DNA of 64,000 bases from Nitrospirota bacterium (GCA_021789935.1 JAJYIR010000007.1:11050-75049); one strand, 5' to 3'. Positions 28,342 through 38,538 are shown, counted from the first letter of the stretch. Notes: generated by a model from the letters alone, not told the origin. Numbers and translations: made by a program.

Positions 28342-29700
28342 TCAGTCTCCTGCCCCTCTCGGAATATCGATGCCATAGGATTTTATTTTTCTGTGAAGGT
28401 TGGAACGTTCAACCCCGAGCAATTCCGCGGTCTTTGAAATGTTCCAGTGGTTTTCCGAGAGTTTTTTAGCCAGGAAATCGCGTTCGAAGGCGTCCTTTGC
28501 CTCTTTCAGCCCCTCGTATTCAAAATAATCTTCCGCCCTCAGGTCTTGATTCAGAAATAGCAGGTCTTTTTCCTCGATGCTTTCGGCGGTATTCATGATG
28601 ACCAGCCGCTCCACCGTGTTTTTGAGCTCCCTCACGTTGCCGGGCCATGAATAGGCGGAAAGCCGCTTTACCGCCTCCGGGGTTATCCGCTTGGGAGAGC
28701 GGCCGTATTCGGCCGCCAGCGCCTTGAGAAAATGGTCTATAAGGGCCGGGATGTCCTCCTTGCGGTTCCTGAGCGGAGGCACAGATATGGGGATGACATT
28801 CAGCCTGTAGTAGAGGTCCTCGCGAAAATTTCCGCTTTTAACCTCCCTGGCAAGGTCCTTGTTGGTGGCCGCGATAAGCTTTACATCCACCTTGATGTTT
28901 TTGGCCCCGCCCACATGCTGGAACTCCTGTGTTTCAATGGCCCTCAGCACCTTGGCCTGTGTGGGCAGGCTCATATCGCCAACCTCATCCAGAAACAGGC
29001 TCCCGCCATCCGCAAGCTCGAACTTGCCTTTCCTGTTTTCCTGCGCCCCGGTAAAAGAGCCTTTCTCATGCCCGAAAAGCTCGCTTTCTATAAGCTCCTG
29101 GGGGATGGCGGCGCAGTTGACCTCCACAAAGGGCATGCTCCTCCTCGCTGAAAGTTCGTGCAGCTGCCTGGCCACAAGCTCCTTGCCGGCTCCCGATTCC
29201 CCGGTGATGAGGACCTTGCCAAAACCCTTTGCGGCAAGCTCTATCTGTTCCCTCAGGCCCCTGATAGCGGGGGAGTCCCCGATGATGGCCAGCTTACCCC
29301 TTACCGACTCCTTTAAAAACCTGTTTTCCTTTTCAAGGCGTGACCTTTCAAGCCCCTGGCGCACGGTGAGAATGACCCGTTCCATTGACAGCGGCTTATC
29401 CATAAAGTCATAGGCCCCCATTTTGGTCGCCTTGACGGCGAGCTCCGTGGTGCCGTGGCCGGTAATCATAATCACCGGAAGGTCTTCCCTCTGCGCCTTT
29501 ATTCGTTTCAGGGTCTCCATGCCGTCGATACCCGGCAGCCAGATATCCAGAAGCACCAGATCGGGGGGCCTTTTTTTAACCGCCTCCACCGCCTCTTCCC
29601 CGGAGGAGGTCATGTCCACCTCGTGGCCTTCATCGGAAAGTATGTCGGCCAGGCTCTGCCTTATGTTTGCCTCATCATCCACTATGAGGACCCTGGGCAT
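28342..29700 (-). CDS. Sigma-54-dependent response regulator (NtrC/NtrX-type: REC-AAA+-Fis HTH)
   Basis: REC DLVLLDIWLPG, Walker A GESGAGKE, the GAFTGA variant GSFTGA, and a C-terminal HTH. The ATG overlaps the kinase stop (TGATG). Confidence 0.93.
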   Translation of the reverse strand: MPRVLIVDDEANIRQSLADILSDEGHEVDMTSSGEEAVEAVKKRPPDLVLLDIWLPGIDGMETLKRIKAQREDLPVIMITGHGTTELAVKATKMGAYDFMDKPLSMERVILTVRQGLERSRLEKENRFLKESVRGKLAIIGDSPAIRGLREQIELAAKGFGKVLITGESGAGKELVARQLHELSARRSMPFVEVNCAAIPQELIESELFGHEKGSFTGAQENRKGKFELADGGSLFLDEVGDMSLPTQAKVLRAIETQEFQHVGGAKNIKVDVKLIAATNKDLAREVKSGNFREDLYYRLNVIPISVPPLRNRKEDIPALIDHFLKALAAEYGRSPKRITPEAVKRLSAYSWPGNVRELKNTVERLVIMNTAESIEEKDLLFLNQDLRAEDYFEYEGLKEAKDAFERDFLAKKLSENHWNISKTAELLGVERSNLHRKIKSYGIDIPRGAGD

Positions 29701-31757
29701 CAAGCGAGTCTCCTTTCATAAAGCGGCAGCTCTATAATGAATGAGCTTCCGTGAGGGCTGTTTCTGTTTTCGCTTATGCGTATGTATCCGTTATGCTCGG
29801 AGACGATTTTGTGGACTATCGCAAGGCCAAGACCGGTCCCGTGTTTCTTCGTGGAAAAATACGGCTGAAAAAGCTTCTCCCTGACTTCCGGCGGGATCCC
29901 CGGACCATTATCGGAAATCTCCACGAACAACTTGTTTGCTTCGGCATCGGCAAATATTTTAACCGAAACAATCCCGGAATCTCCCATGGCCTCCCTGGCG
30001 TTGTCTATTATATTTACGAGCACGCGCCTGAACTGCTCCGGGTCAAGATCGACGGCCGGAAGTCCGGCGGCCGAGTCGATCATGATAATGAAGTCCTTGT
30101 ACACGCGGTAGAGGTTTTTTACCTCTTCCACCAGGCCAGGTAGGTCGGTGCGTTTTTTTTTGATATCCGGCATCCTGCCAAGCCTTGAAAACTCATCCAC
30201 AAGCAAGCGCAGGCTTTCGACCTCCGTTATTATCGTCTTTGTGGACCTCTCGAACACAACCGGGAAGTCTCCATGGCCTTCCGACCACTTCTTCATCATC
30301 CGTTCGGTGGAGAGCTTGATAGGGGTAAGCGGGTTTTTAATCTCATGGGCTATCCTTCTTGCCACTTCCTGCCAGGCAAGTACCCTCTGCGCCCGGACCA
30401 TCTCGGTTAAATCGTCAAAAACGACCAGAAGCCCCAGTTGCCGTTCCTTTGCATCCCGCAGGCCGGAGATGAAGACCCTGAGCAGGGCCTTTTCCCCCTT
30501 CTGACCGAGGCCGGCCCAGAGCTCCTGCTCCAGGAAATTTATCGTGCGCACGTTGATGCCTTTAATCAGGGCTTTAAGCTCCCCGGATTTGATATGCGAA
30601 AGGACCGCCTCGTATGGTTTCCCGATCACCTCCGCGGCTCTTATGCCAAGAATCTCGCAGGCCCTGGGGTTGATTGTAAGCACATCCCCCTCCGGTGAAA
30701 GCGAGATGACACCGGAACGGATATTGTCCAGTATGCCTTCCATGCATAGCCTTCTTCTGTCGGACTCCAGGTAAGCATTCTCAAGCGACTTCTTGCCTTC
30801 CTTAAGCTCAGCCACCATCCGGTTGAAGGACTCTATCAAAAGCCCCATCTCATCGGAACCTCTGGGGGGCACCCTCAAGTCCAGGTTTCCGCGTGCCACC
30901 TCCCCGGTGGCCGCGGCCAGGTCTCTGACCGGGCCGGTGATCCCCCTGGCCAGCCTGAGCGATGCCAGCAGAGCGGTAAGCATGATGGTAAGAGCGATAA
31001 AGCCAAGCACCAGATAGAAATTAGTCCGGATGGGCGTGCGCCACCCCTCAAGCGTTATGAGGCTTTCGTTTGCCTGTTTTATGTTTTCTATGTAAGAGGT
31101 GAGCTTGGGCGGCAAGGTGGTGCTTGCCACGATTACCCCGCCCGAAGGCCGTGGCACGATCCCCCTTACCATGTCCCCGCCGGCAGCCGACAGCACCTCC
31201 GCCCCTTTTTCCCCCCTGAAGGCCGACTGCATGGCGGGGGTGGCGTCCGAAGGCAGGCCCGGCACGTAAGTTATCCGGTAGGGGCCGATTGCCCTCAAAC
31301 TTCCGCTTTGAAGGGCGCTGGCGGCGGCATCAAGGGCCCCGTCCTTTTCCTGCTGGTAAATGGAGCGTGCCATGGCAAGAGAGGAGACAAGGGGGTCCCT
31401 GAACTGGGTATTGAATATCTTGTCCATATAATTGGTCGCAAGGCCGCTTGCCACCGCGTAGACCATTATGGTGGGGGTTATGCTCAGGAACGTGAACAGA
31501 AGCAGTATCTTCGCCCTGAACTTAAAGCCTATGACCCTTCTTTTAACTCCCAGGTAAAGTTCTATGAACCCCTTGCCTACCAGGTAGATAAGCGCAAGAA
31601 GCACAAAAAGGTTCAGATTGAAGATAAGCAGGTAAAGCAGGGTCTCCGGAAACTCGCCAACCTTTAGGAATCTTGCCTCGAAAGGCAAAAAAATCCCCAG
31701 AAGCACAAGGGCCGCCGCAAGGACATAGAGCACCTTTAATTTCATGCCCTTTTTCAT
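29700..31757 (-). CDS. NtrY-like sensor histidine kinase (TM-HAMP-PAS-HisKA-HATPase)
   Basis: H-box IAHEIKNPLTPI, N/G boxes NAREAM...DNGPGI...GTGLGLAIV, and N-terminal TM helices. ATG 31757 was chosen as the start; TTG 31775 is an alternative. Confidence 0.9.
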   Translation of the reverse strand: MKKGMKLKVLYVLAAALVLLGIFLPFEARFLKVGEFPETLLYLLIFNLNLFVLLALIYLVGKGFIELYLGVKRRVIGFKFRAKILLLFTFLSITPTIMVYAVASGLATNYMDKIFNTQFRDPLVSSLAMARSIYQQEKDGALDAAASALQSGSLRAIGPYRITYVPGLPSDATPAMQSAFRGEKGAEVLSAAGGDMVRGIVPRPSGGVIVASTTLPPKLTSYIENIKQANESLITLEGWRTPIRTNFYLVLGFIALTIMLTALLASLRLARGITGPVRDLAAATGEVARGNLDLRVPPRGSDEMGLLIESFNRMVAELKEGKKSLENAYLESDRRRLCMEGILDNIRSGVISLSPEGDVLTINPRACEILGIRAAEVIGKPYEAVLSHIKSGELKALIKGINVRTINFLEQELWAGLGQKGEKALLRVFISGLRDAKERQLGLLVVFDDLTEMVRAQRVLAWQEVARRIAHEIKNPLTPIKLSTERMMKKWSEGHGDFPVVFERSTKTIITEVESLRLLVDEFSRLGRMPDIKKKRTDLPGLVEEVKNLYRVYKDFIIMIDSAAGLPAVDLDPEQFRRVLVNIIDNAREAMGDSGIVSVKIFADAEANKLFVEISDNGPGIPPEVREKLFQPYFSTKKHGTGLGLAIVHKIVSEHNGYIRISENRNSPHGSSFIIELPLYERRLA

Positions 31758-31758
31758 T

Positions 31759-32337
31759 TCAGGGTTTGTCTCCAAGGGTGATCATGGGGGAATCCTCATA
31801 CACGGAAAAATCTTTGTCCCTTATGAAAAAAAACATCTGGGCAAGCAGCGGAGGCAGGTTTCTCAACTTGGATTCTGCCGTGACCCTTATAAAATATCTC
31901 CCCTTTGTCAGTTCATTGAGGTTGGACAGTTTTACGCCGCCCAGGACCAGAGAATTTTTGATAAGGTCGTCACAGCTTCCGTATCTTGTTTCCTCGTCCG
32001 CCCCTCTTTCCAGCGTGGTCATCATGTACTCGCCTTTCACGCTGTCGCAGCTTAGGTATCTTTCTATCCTTACCCCCTTGATGTACTCGTCCGGCCAGCT
32101 TGACCAATGCCTGAAGAGATCGACATAGAAGACGAGGTCCTTCTGTATGCCCGCCTGAAGGTCCTTTATAACGGAGGGGTCCATGACCAGCCTCGCGGAG
32201 ACAAATACGCTGTCCCCCTTCATGGAGACCGAAAGGGAATTTATCTGGGCTGCCCGTGCATCAAGCGGCAGGAAAAGAAAAAGGACAATTGCCAGGGACA
32301 AAAGCAAAATGGCCTTTTTAAAAAAGAAAAAGCGCAT
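31759..32337 (-). CDS. DUF4390-like periplasmic protein preceding NtrY/NtrX
   Basis: Signal peptide MRFFFFKKAILLLSLAIVLFLFLPLDARA. The gene order DUF4390-ntrY-ntrX is the arrangement I recall from other bacteria. The family call is from memory of context, not from a motif. Confidence 0.55.
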   Translation of the reverse strand: MRFFFFKKAILLLSLAIVLFLFLPLDARAAQINSLSVSMKGDSVFVSARLVMDPSVIKDLQAGIQKDLVFYVDLFRHWSSWPDEYIKGVRIERYLSCDSVKGEYMMTTLERGADEETRYGSCDDLIKNSLVLGGVKLSNLNELTKGRYFIRVTAESKLRNLPPLLAQMFFFIRDKDFSVYEDSPMITLGDKP

Positions 32338-32521
32338 TTTCAGATATAAAAGCCTTTCAAAACGAACTCTGGACAATTTTTTGATTATACCATGTAATTC
32401 ATGGGTTTTTTGATTCGCCGGGCGGGGCCGATGATGCGGGCCCCGCCGCTCCCGCCTCCTTCAGCAGGCAGACATGATCTATATCATAGGAATGCCTCGC
32501 GGGGTCAGGTAAAGTGATGTC

Positions 32522-33145
32522 ATGAGCGAAAACGGGAAAGAGAAAATAACCGCCGCGGACCTGAGGAGCGCCCTCAGGCAGATGGGCGCATATGTGGACG
32601 TCACGGAAGACGACCTCATGAAGATATACGCGCTTGCGCTTGAACACGCGAAAAAGGAGGCCGGGAAAAAGGTCCTGGTCAAAGACGTAATGACGAGGGA
32701 AGTCATAACTGTGGATGGCGGTGCGACCATATCCCGGATGTCTGGCCTGATGTATCAGCACAGGATAAGCGGCCTGCCCGTGGTGGATGCAGACGGCAGG
32801 GTGGAGGGTATCGTTACGGAGGCGGACCTCATCGCCGGGGTCTGCATAGAAAGGGGACACCCCTTCAGAAAGACCTTGAAGCATCTTTTCGGCGAATCCG
32901 TGACGGCTGACGGACCAGATGGATGCGCGGGCGATACGGCAAAAGACCTTATGAACCCAAAGGTGATTACCGCGGACCCGGATGACGAGATAGGCAAGGT
33001 GGCCGCCATCATGAACGAAAAAAAGATAAAGAGGCTGCCCGTTGTGCAGGCGGACGGCAAACTTATAGGCATCATAGCAAGGGCGGATATTGTGAAGGTC
33101 CATATAACCGGGTGGGACCGCCCGGCTGGGAGGGGTTGCGAATGA
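32522..33145 (+). CDS. CBS domain pair protein
   Basis: Two CBS repeats (VMTREVITV...ISGLPVVDADGRVEGIVTEADL; LMNPKVITA...IKRLPVVQADGKLIGIIARADI). Confidence 0.85.
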   Translation: MSENGKEKITAADLRSALRQMGAYVDVTEDDLMKIYALALEHAKKEAGKKVLVKDVMTREVITVDGGATISRMSGLMYQHRISGLPVVDADGRVEGIVTEADLIAGVCIERGHPFRKTLKHLFGESVTADGPDGCAGDTAKDLMNPKVITADPDDEIGKVAAIMNEKKIKRLPVVQADGKLIGIIARADIVKVHITGWDRPAGRGCE

Positions 33146-33684
33146 CAAAGGCATATTTCGCGAAGATGAAAGGCGGGGCGAAGAGCCCTCCGGGTGTGGG
33201 CCTGCCGGAGGTGTTCTGGTCTCTCGCGGGTTCAGCCCTCGGGATAGGGATCTGCGGATATCTTTCCTCCAGGTACTTTGCCCCAAGGGACCTGACCCTC
33301 ATAATCGGCTCTTTCGGCGCCTCCGCCGTGCTCGTTTACGCAGCCATAAACAGTCCGCTGGCCCAGCCAAGAAACCTTATAGGCGGCCATATAATCAGCG
33401 GCATCGTGGGCGTTGCCTGCTGGAAATTCTTCGGTCATAACGTGTGGTTTGCGGGGGCCCTGGCCGTTTCGTTTGCCATCTCAGCCATGCTCATTACCAA
33501 AACGCTCCATCCCCCGGGCGGCGCCACGGCCCTCATAGCGGTAATCGGGGGAGTAAAGGTGCACAGGCTTGGCTTTCTGTATGCCTTCGTCCCCGCGGGG
33601 CTTGGCGCCCTTGTTCTCCTGCTGGTGGCGCTGATCGTTAACAATATGGCCTCGGGCAGGAGATATCCCGAATACTGGCTGTAA
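33142..33684 (+). CDS. HPP family membrane protein
   Basis: The HPPGGATAL signature and 4-5 TM segments. The ATG overlaps the CBS gene stop (ATGA). Confidence 0.85.
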   Translation: MTKAYFAKMKGGAKSPPGVGLPEVFWSLAGSALGIGICGYLSSRYFAPRDLTLIIGSFGASAVLVYAAINSPLAQPRNLIGGHIISGIVGVACWKFFGHNVWFAGALAVSFAISAMLITKTLHPPGGATALIAVIGGVKVHRLGFLYAFVPAGLGALVLLLVALIVNNMASGRRYPEYWL

Positions 33685-33781
33685 AGACAGGACCCTCCGC
33701 GCAAAAAAACAAAAAAATCCTTTTTTGCTTTTTTGCCCCGCATTTCCAGAAATTCGATAAAAATTCTAAAATAAGACAGGC

Positions 33782-35092
33782 ATGGAAAAGGACAGGGAGA
33801 ACGTGGAGCGTCTTACTGAGGAGCTTGCCAGCGCCCGGGAAAGGATCGCCGAACTGGAAGGCGCCGTTAAAAAATGCGCGGTCGTGGAAGAAACCCTGTC
33901 ACAGTCAAACGAGATACTTCGCACCCTCATAGAGGCGTCCCCCGCCGCCATCATGAACCTGGATGCCCATGGCAATGTCCGTATGTGGAACAAGGCGGCT
34001 GAACTCATCTTCGGATGGAAGGCCCAGGAGGCGATCGGCCGCTTTAACCCAATCGTCCCGGATGAGTTCAGGGATGAATTCGCCAAAATAAGGGGCCTGG
34101 CGATGAAGGGGCCGATAACGGGCCTTGAAATAAGACGCCAAAAAAAAGACGGCTCGCCCATAGATCTGAGTCTCTCAACGGCGGCCATTTTTGATTCCCG
34201 CGGAAACATAACAGGCTACATAGGCATGTTCCTGGATATAACCGCCCGCAAGAATGCCGAAGAGGAGCTTGAAAGTGCCCGTGTCCATCTTGAAGAGCTT
34301 GTTCGTGAACGCACTATCGAACTGCAAGAGGCAAACGAGAAGCTGAAAAAATACTCGGAAGAGCTTGAAAGCAGCAACCGCGGCCTGGAGCAGTTTGCCT
34401 ACATGGCCTCACACGACCTTCAGGAGCCCCTGCTTGCCATTGCAGCCAATCTGAAACTGTTTCACAGGCGCCTGCGCGGGCAGTTGGATGAGGAGGCGGA
34501 AACATTCCTGGCGGACGCCGTGAAAAGCACAATAAGGATGCAAAACTTCATAAGAGGCCTGCTCACATACGCGAGGACGGGGACCATGGAAATCAAGCTC
34601 GAAAAAACAGACAGTTCCCTTGCCCTTAATTCCGCGCTTGCCAGCCTTGCAAACCAGATAAAGGAAAGCGGGGCGGTCATAACCCATGATCCGTTGCCCG
34701 TCCTTTACACGGACCCGTCGCAGCTGCCGCACATCTTTCAAAACCTGATCGGCAATGCTATAAAATTCCGCGGCGCCCAGCCGCCGCGCGTACACGTTTC
34801 AGCAGAAAGGCGGCCCCGCCCCGTTGCGGGAGGGGAGATTTTTTGGCTCTTTTCCGTCCGGGACAATGGCATAGGCATCCCCCCCGGGGCAAAAGAAGGG
34901 ATTTTCGACATATTCCACCGCATTAAAAGCGGCGGGAAAAAGAAAAAATACCCCGGAGCAGGCATCGGCCTTGCGACCTGCAAGAGGATAATCGAGCGCC
35001 TGGGCGGACACATCTGGGTGGAATCGGAGGAGGGCCGCGGCTCCGTCTTCTATTTCCGGCTGCCCGCCGGCCCTGGAAAAAGCGGCGCTTGA
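33782..35092 (+). CDS. PAS domain-containing sensor histidine kinase (cytoplasmic)
   Basis: Coiled-coil N-terminus, PAS (IFGWKAQEAIG...DGSPIDL), H-box ASHDLQEPL, and HATPase (GNAIKF...DNGIGI...GAGIGLATC). Confidence 0.9.
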   Translation: MEKDRENVERLTEELASARERIAELEGAVKKCAVVEETLSQSNEILRTLIEASPAAIMNLDAHGNVRMWNKAAELIFGWKAQEAIGRFNPIVPDEFRDEFAKIRGLAMKGPITGLEIRRQKKDGSPIDLSLSTAAIFDSRGNITGYIGMFLDITARKNAEEELESARVHLEELVRERTIELQEANEKLKKYSEELESSNRGLEQFAYMASHDLQEPLLAIAANLKLFHRRLRGQLDEEAETFLADAVKSTIRMQNFIRGLLTYARTGTMEIKLEKTDSSLALNSALASLANQIKESGAVITHDPLPVLYTDPSQLPHIFQNLIGNAIKFRGAQPPRVHVSAERRPRPVAGGEIFWLFSVRDNGIGIPPGAKEGIFDIFHRIKSGGKKKKYPGAGIGLATCKRIIERLGGHIWVESEEGRGSVFYFRLPAGPGKSGA

Positions 35093-35218
35093 AAAATAAA
35101 AATACTTGAAATGCGCCAAAAAAATGCGAAACTAAGGTAAAGAAGTTTTTATTTTTTTGTCTTCCCTTGCAGTGTCAATAATTCAAAGAAAGCCCCAAAC
35201 CAAAAATCAGGAGAGTCC

Positions 35219-35545
35219 ATGGAAGATAGAAGAAGTAATCCAAGGACATGTCTGGCCATCCCGTTAAAGTGCCTGTGCCGGCTTAAGGAAGACGAGGACC
35301 TTAGTATGTCGGTAGACGGCGTCACCGCGGACATGAGCGACACGGGACTGCGCTTTTATACTGAAAAGAACTTAAGCGACTGCTCCAGGATAGAGATACG
35401 CTCCGGGAGCTGGAGCGGCGTAAAGAAAGGCAAGATAATGTGGCAGGCCATCCTTACGGACATGGGCATCTACCAGGTGGGGGTATCTCTGCAGCATGAG
35501 GACCTGGAGTATGCGGACCGCCTGAAGCCGGTAAAGACCTTCTGA
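35219..35545 (+). CDS. PilZ domain protein
   Basis: RRSNPR (RxxxR) and DMSDTGLRF (DxSxxG). 108 aa. Confidence 0.75.
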   Translation: MEDRRSNPRTCLAIPLKCLCRLKEDEDLSMSVDGVTADMSDTGLRFYTEKNLSDCSRIEIRSGSWSGVKKGKIMWQAILTDMGIYQVGVSLQHEDLEYADRLKPVKTF

Positions 35546-35563
35546 TTCCGTTTTTTAATTAAC

Positions 35564-36004
35564 TTACAGGCTTTTTATCAGATACACCAGAAGGAGTATC
35601 CCGGTTGTCAGGACAAAGGCGGTCAGCGCGGCATCCAGGGCCGCCTTCGGGTGATATCTCTGCTCATCTAGCTCCTTTCCCACTTCCCTGTATCTTATGA
35701 AGGCGAAGACGGCAAGCAGGATGCCAAAAACCACAAACACTATTCCAAGGGCGGCGGAATATCCGGGGGTACGGAAAGTGCTAATCGCCTTGCCTGCCTC
35801 CGCGCCCGACGGCTTGCCGGCGGCTTTTAATCCGATCTTTTCCAGCAGAACAAGCTTTTGAATGAAGAAGGCAAACCGCTCGAGAACGAAGCCGAATGCC
35901 ATAATCCCTATGCTGGTCCTTATCCAGGCCAGAAAGGTGCGCTCGTTGGCCAGGTGTTCCCGGCTGTGGTCCTGCCGGTTTTTTTCAGTGCCGCTTTCGT
36001 TCAT
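35564..36004 (-). CDS. DUF202 (YidH) family membrane protein
   Basis: LANERTFLAWIRTSIGIMAFGFVLERF plus two further TM segments. Confidence 0.8.
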   Translation of the reverse strand: MNESGTEKNRQDHSREHLANERTFLAWIRTSIGIMAFGFVLERFAFFIQKLVLLEKIGLKAAGKPSGAEAGKAISTFRTPGYSAALGIVFVVFGILLAVFAFIRYREVGKELDEQRYHPKAALDAALTAFVLTTGILLLVYLIKSL

Positions 36005-36009
36005 TTTCT

Positions 36010-36903
36010 TTACTTTTCTGTTTTTATTGTTTCTGTTTTTGTTTTTGCCTGAGACAAAGATAAAGAACCTATAAAATCCTTAAGCGCGTCCTCCCATTCC
36101 CTGGGCCTTATGCCTCTCACGCTTTCAAGCGGGGACCAAAGGGGCCTTCTCGCTTTTGTCTTATAAGCGGTATGGGGGACGGGGGTGATATCGGCCTTAA
36201 GGCCTGCCATCGCCGCTATCTTCACCGCAAACTCATACCAGCTGCAAACCCCTCCGTTAGAGGCGTGATAGAGGCCGAAGGGCCGCTCCTCGGTTATGAG
36301 CCGCCAAATCTCTTTTGCCGCGTCGGCGGCGTTTGTGGGCGACATGTGTATGTCGTCCACTATTGTCATGGGTTCGCCATTTCCGGCCTTATTGAGTATG
36401 GTGTAGACGAAGTTTCCGCCCTTGCCGCTTGCCCCCGCCCTGCCGTACAAGCCTGCCAAGCGCACTATGTAATGGCTGCCCGTAAAATTTTCCGCATAAA
36501 GCTCCCCGGCGTACTTCGATATCCCGTAGGTGCTTAGGGGATTGGGAGTATCGTCTTCGTTGTAGGGGGAGGGTTTTTTGCTTCCGTCGAATACGTAATC
36601 CGTGCTGATGTGCACAAGGACGGCCCCGGTTTTCCTGGCCGCCAAGGCAAGGTTTTTAACCCCCAGGGCGTTCACCCTGAAGGCCGCCTCCGCGTCGTCC
36701 TCCGCATCGTCCACCCTCACGTAGGCTGCAGTGTTTATTATCACATCCGGGTGCAGCCCGGTTAAAAAGGTTTTTGTTTCCTCCGGGCGGGTGATATCCA
36801 GCGTCTCCCTGGCAAGCGGGACCAGCTCAACTTCTCCGGGTTTGGCGGCCACTATCTCCGTGCCCAACTGTCCCCCCGGGCCGATAAGGGCAACCTTCAG
36901 CAT
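36010..36903 (-). CDS. rfbD: dTDP-4-dehydrorhamnose reductase
   Basis: GPGGQLG Rossmann motif, TDYVFDG, YGISKYAGE (YxxxK). Located in an operon with rfbABC. Confidence 0.92.
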   Translation of the reverse strand: MLKVALIGPGGQLGTEIVAAKPGEVELVPLARETLDITRPEETKTFLTGLHPDVIINTAAYVRVDDAEDDAEAAFRVNALGVKNLALAARKTGAVLVHISTDYVFDGSKKPSPYNEDDTPNPLSTYGISKYAGELYAENFTGSHYIVRLAGLYGRAGASGKGGNFVYTILNKAGNGEPMTIVDDIHMSPTNAADAAKEIWRLITEERPFGLYHASNGGVCSWYEFAVKIAAMAGLKADITPVPHTAYKTKARRPLWSPLESVRGIRPREWEDALKDFIGSLSLSQAKTKTETIKTEK

Positions 36904-37943
36904 CAGGAGAAGCTACTAAAACCTTTTCTGGTCTTCATCTCTTCAAAACGCCCCCTGAGCTGTTCCGTAAAGGCCTTTGCCTCCGCCTCCTTTTTAAAAA
37001 GCCAGTCACTCATCTGGCGGTACCATTGCACGGTGCGCTCGATCCCCTCTTCAAAACGGACGCGCGGTTTCCAGCCGGTCTCCTTCTCTATCTTGCAGGT
37101 GTCCACGGCGTACCTGAAATCATGCCCGGGCCTGTCCGCAACAAAGGTTATAAGCTCCTCTCCCTTGCCGAGAAGCCGGAGGATGGCAGATATCACGTCC
37201 CTGTTCATCTTCTCTTCGTTGCTGCCGATGTTGTAGGTTTCCCCCTGTCTTCCCGCCTCCAGGACGCTCATGACTGCCTCTGCGCAGTCCTCCACGAAAA
37301 GCCAGGTCCTTATGTTCTCTCCCTTCCCGTACATCGGGATTTTTTCGCCCCGGAGGGCTTTCGCTATCACCAGAGGGATCAGCTTTTCCGGGTACTGCCA
37401 GGGGCCGTAGTTGTTCGAGGGTCTGATGGTGGTTACCGGAAGCCCGTAGGTCTTCCGGAAGGCCCGCACGAACATGTCGGCAGAGGCCTTGCTTGCGGAA
37501 TAAGGGGAGTTTGGAAGCAGGCAGCCTGTCTCCCGGAACTTTTCCTCCCCGGCTGAAAGCTCCCCGTATACCTCATCCGTGGATATGTGTATGAACTTTT
37601 CAATCCTGTGCTCAAGCGCCAGCTCCAGCAGGTTTTCCGTGCCTATGACGTTTGCCCTTATGAAAGATGCGGGGTCAAGTATGCTTCTGTCCACATGGGT
37701 CTCGGCGGCAAAATGGACGATGGCCTGCGGTTTTTCGGCGCTGAATATCTCAGCAAGGCGAGTCTTGTCCGCGATGTCCGCCTGGTGGAAAGTTATTTTT
37801 TCATTGATCTGCTCCAGCCTCTCCAGGTCCCCGGCATAACTCAGGGCGTCTATGCAGACAGGGTTAAAAGCTCCCTTACGGACGGCAAGGCGGGTAAAGG
37901 CGCTCCCTATGAACCCGGCCGCGCCAGTCACTATCACCTTCAT
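36903..37943 (-). CDS. rfbB: dTDP-glucose 4,6-dehydratase
   Basis: VTGAAGFIGS, HISTDEVYG, PYSASKASADM, and DRPGHDFRYAVD. Confidence 0.95.
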   Translation of the reverse strand: MKVIVTGAAGFIGSAFTRLAVRKGAFNPVCIDALSYAGDLERLEQINEKITFHQADIADKTRLAEIFSAEKPQAIVHFAAETHVDRSILDPASFIRANVIGTENLLELALEHRIEKFIHISTDEVYGELSAGEEKFRETGCLLPNSPYSASKASADMFVRAFRKTYGLPVTTIRPSNNYGPWQYPEKLIPLVIAKALRGEKIPMYGKGENIRTWLFVEDCAEAVMSVLEAGRQGETYNIGSNEEKMNRDVISAILRLLGKGEELITFVADRPGHDFRYAVDTCKIEKETGWKPRVRFEEGIERTVQWYRQMSDWLFKKEAEAKAFTEQLRGRFEEMKTRKGFSSFS

Positions 37944-37965
37944 AGAATTTCTCCCACTATTGTCT

Positions 37966-38538
37966 TCACCGGGCTTTTCCCCCTCCGTAGATGAAATTGT
38001 TCCGGGCCTCTTTCAAAGAGGGCAGATGAGCGTCTTTGTCCGAGACAACCGGGTTTTCCAAAGGCCATTTTACTGAAATGTCCGGATCGTTCCAGATTAT
38101 GCCCCCATCGTGCTCGGGGGAGTACTCATCCGTGGCGGAATAAAGGACGTCCGTGTCATCTTCGAGGGTGGCAAACCCGTGGGCGAAACCGGGAGGGACC
38201 CATAGCATGAACATATTGCCGCCGGAAAGCTCAGCGCCCACCCATTTGCCGAAATAAGGCGAACCCTTCCTGATGTCGACGGCCACGTCGAATATCGCTC
38301 CCCTGGACACCCTTACAAGCTTCCCCTGCGCCCTGGGGTCCAACTGGTAATGCAGTCCCCTTAAAATTCCCCTCCTGCTCCTTGAGTGGTTGGCCTGGGT
38401 TAAATCCAGGTCTATGCCCGCGTTCAGGAACTCCGAGCGCTTGTAGGTCTCAAGAAAAAACCCCCGTTCGTCTCCGAATACGCGTGGCTGTATCAGGACA
38501 ACATCGGGAATGTCCAGTTTTTTAAAGGTAAACGGCAT
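37966..38538 (-). CDS. rfbC: dTDP-4-dehydrorhamnose 3,5-epimerase
   Basis: FGDERGFF, RGLHYQ, QGKLVRVSRGAIFDVAVDIR, and PPGFAHGF. ATG 38538 was chosen as the start. Confidence 0.95.
   Translation of the reverse strand: MPFTFKKLDIPDVVLIQPRVFGDERGFFLETYKRSEFLNAGIDLDLTQANHSRSRRGILRGLHYQLDPRAQGKLVRVSRGAIFDVAVDIRKGSPYFGKWVGAELSGGNMFMLWVPPGFAHGFATLEDDTDVLYSATDEYSPEHDGGIIWNDPDISVKWPLENPVVSDKDAHLPSLKEARNNFIYGGGKAR

Noticed and set aside
32399-33286. 295-aa minus-strand ORF across the CBS/HPP genes
   Set aside because: The plus-strand genes carry clear CBS repeats and the HPPGGATAL signature. The minus-strand product is Pro/Arg/His-rich with no motif.
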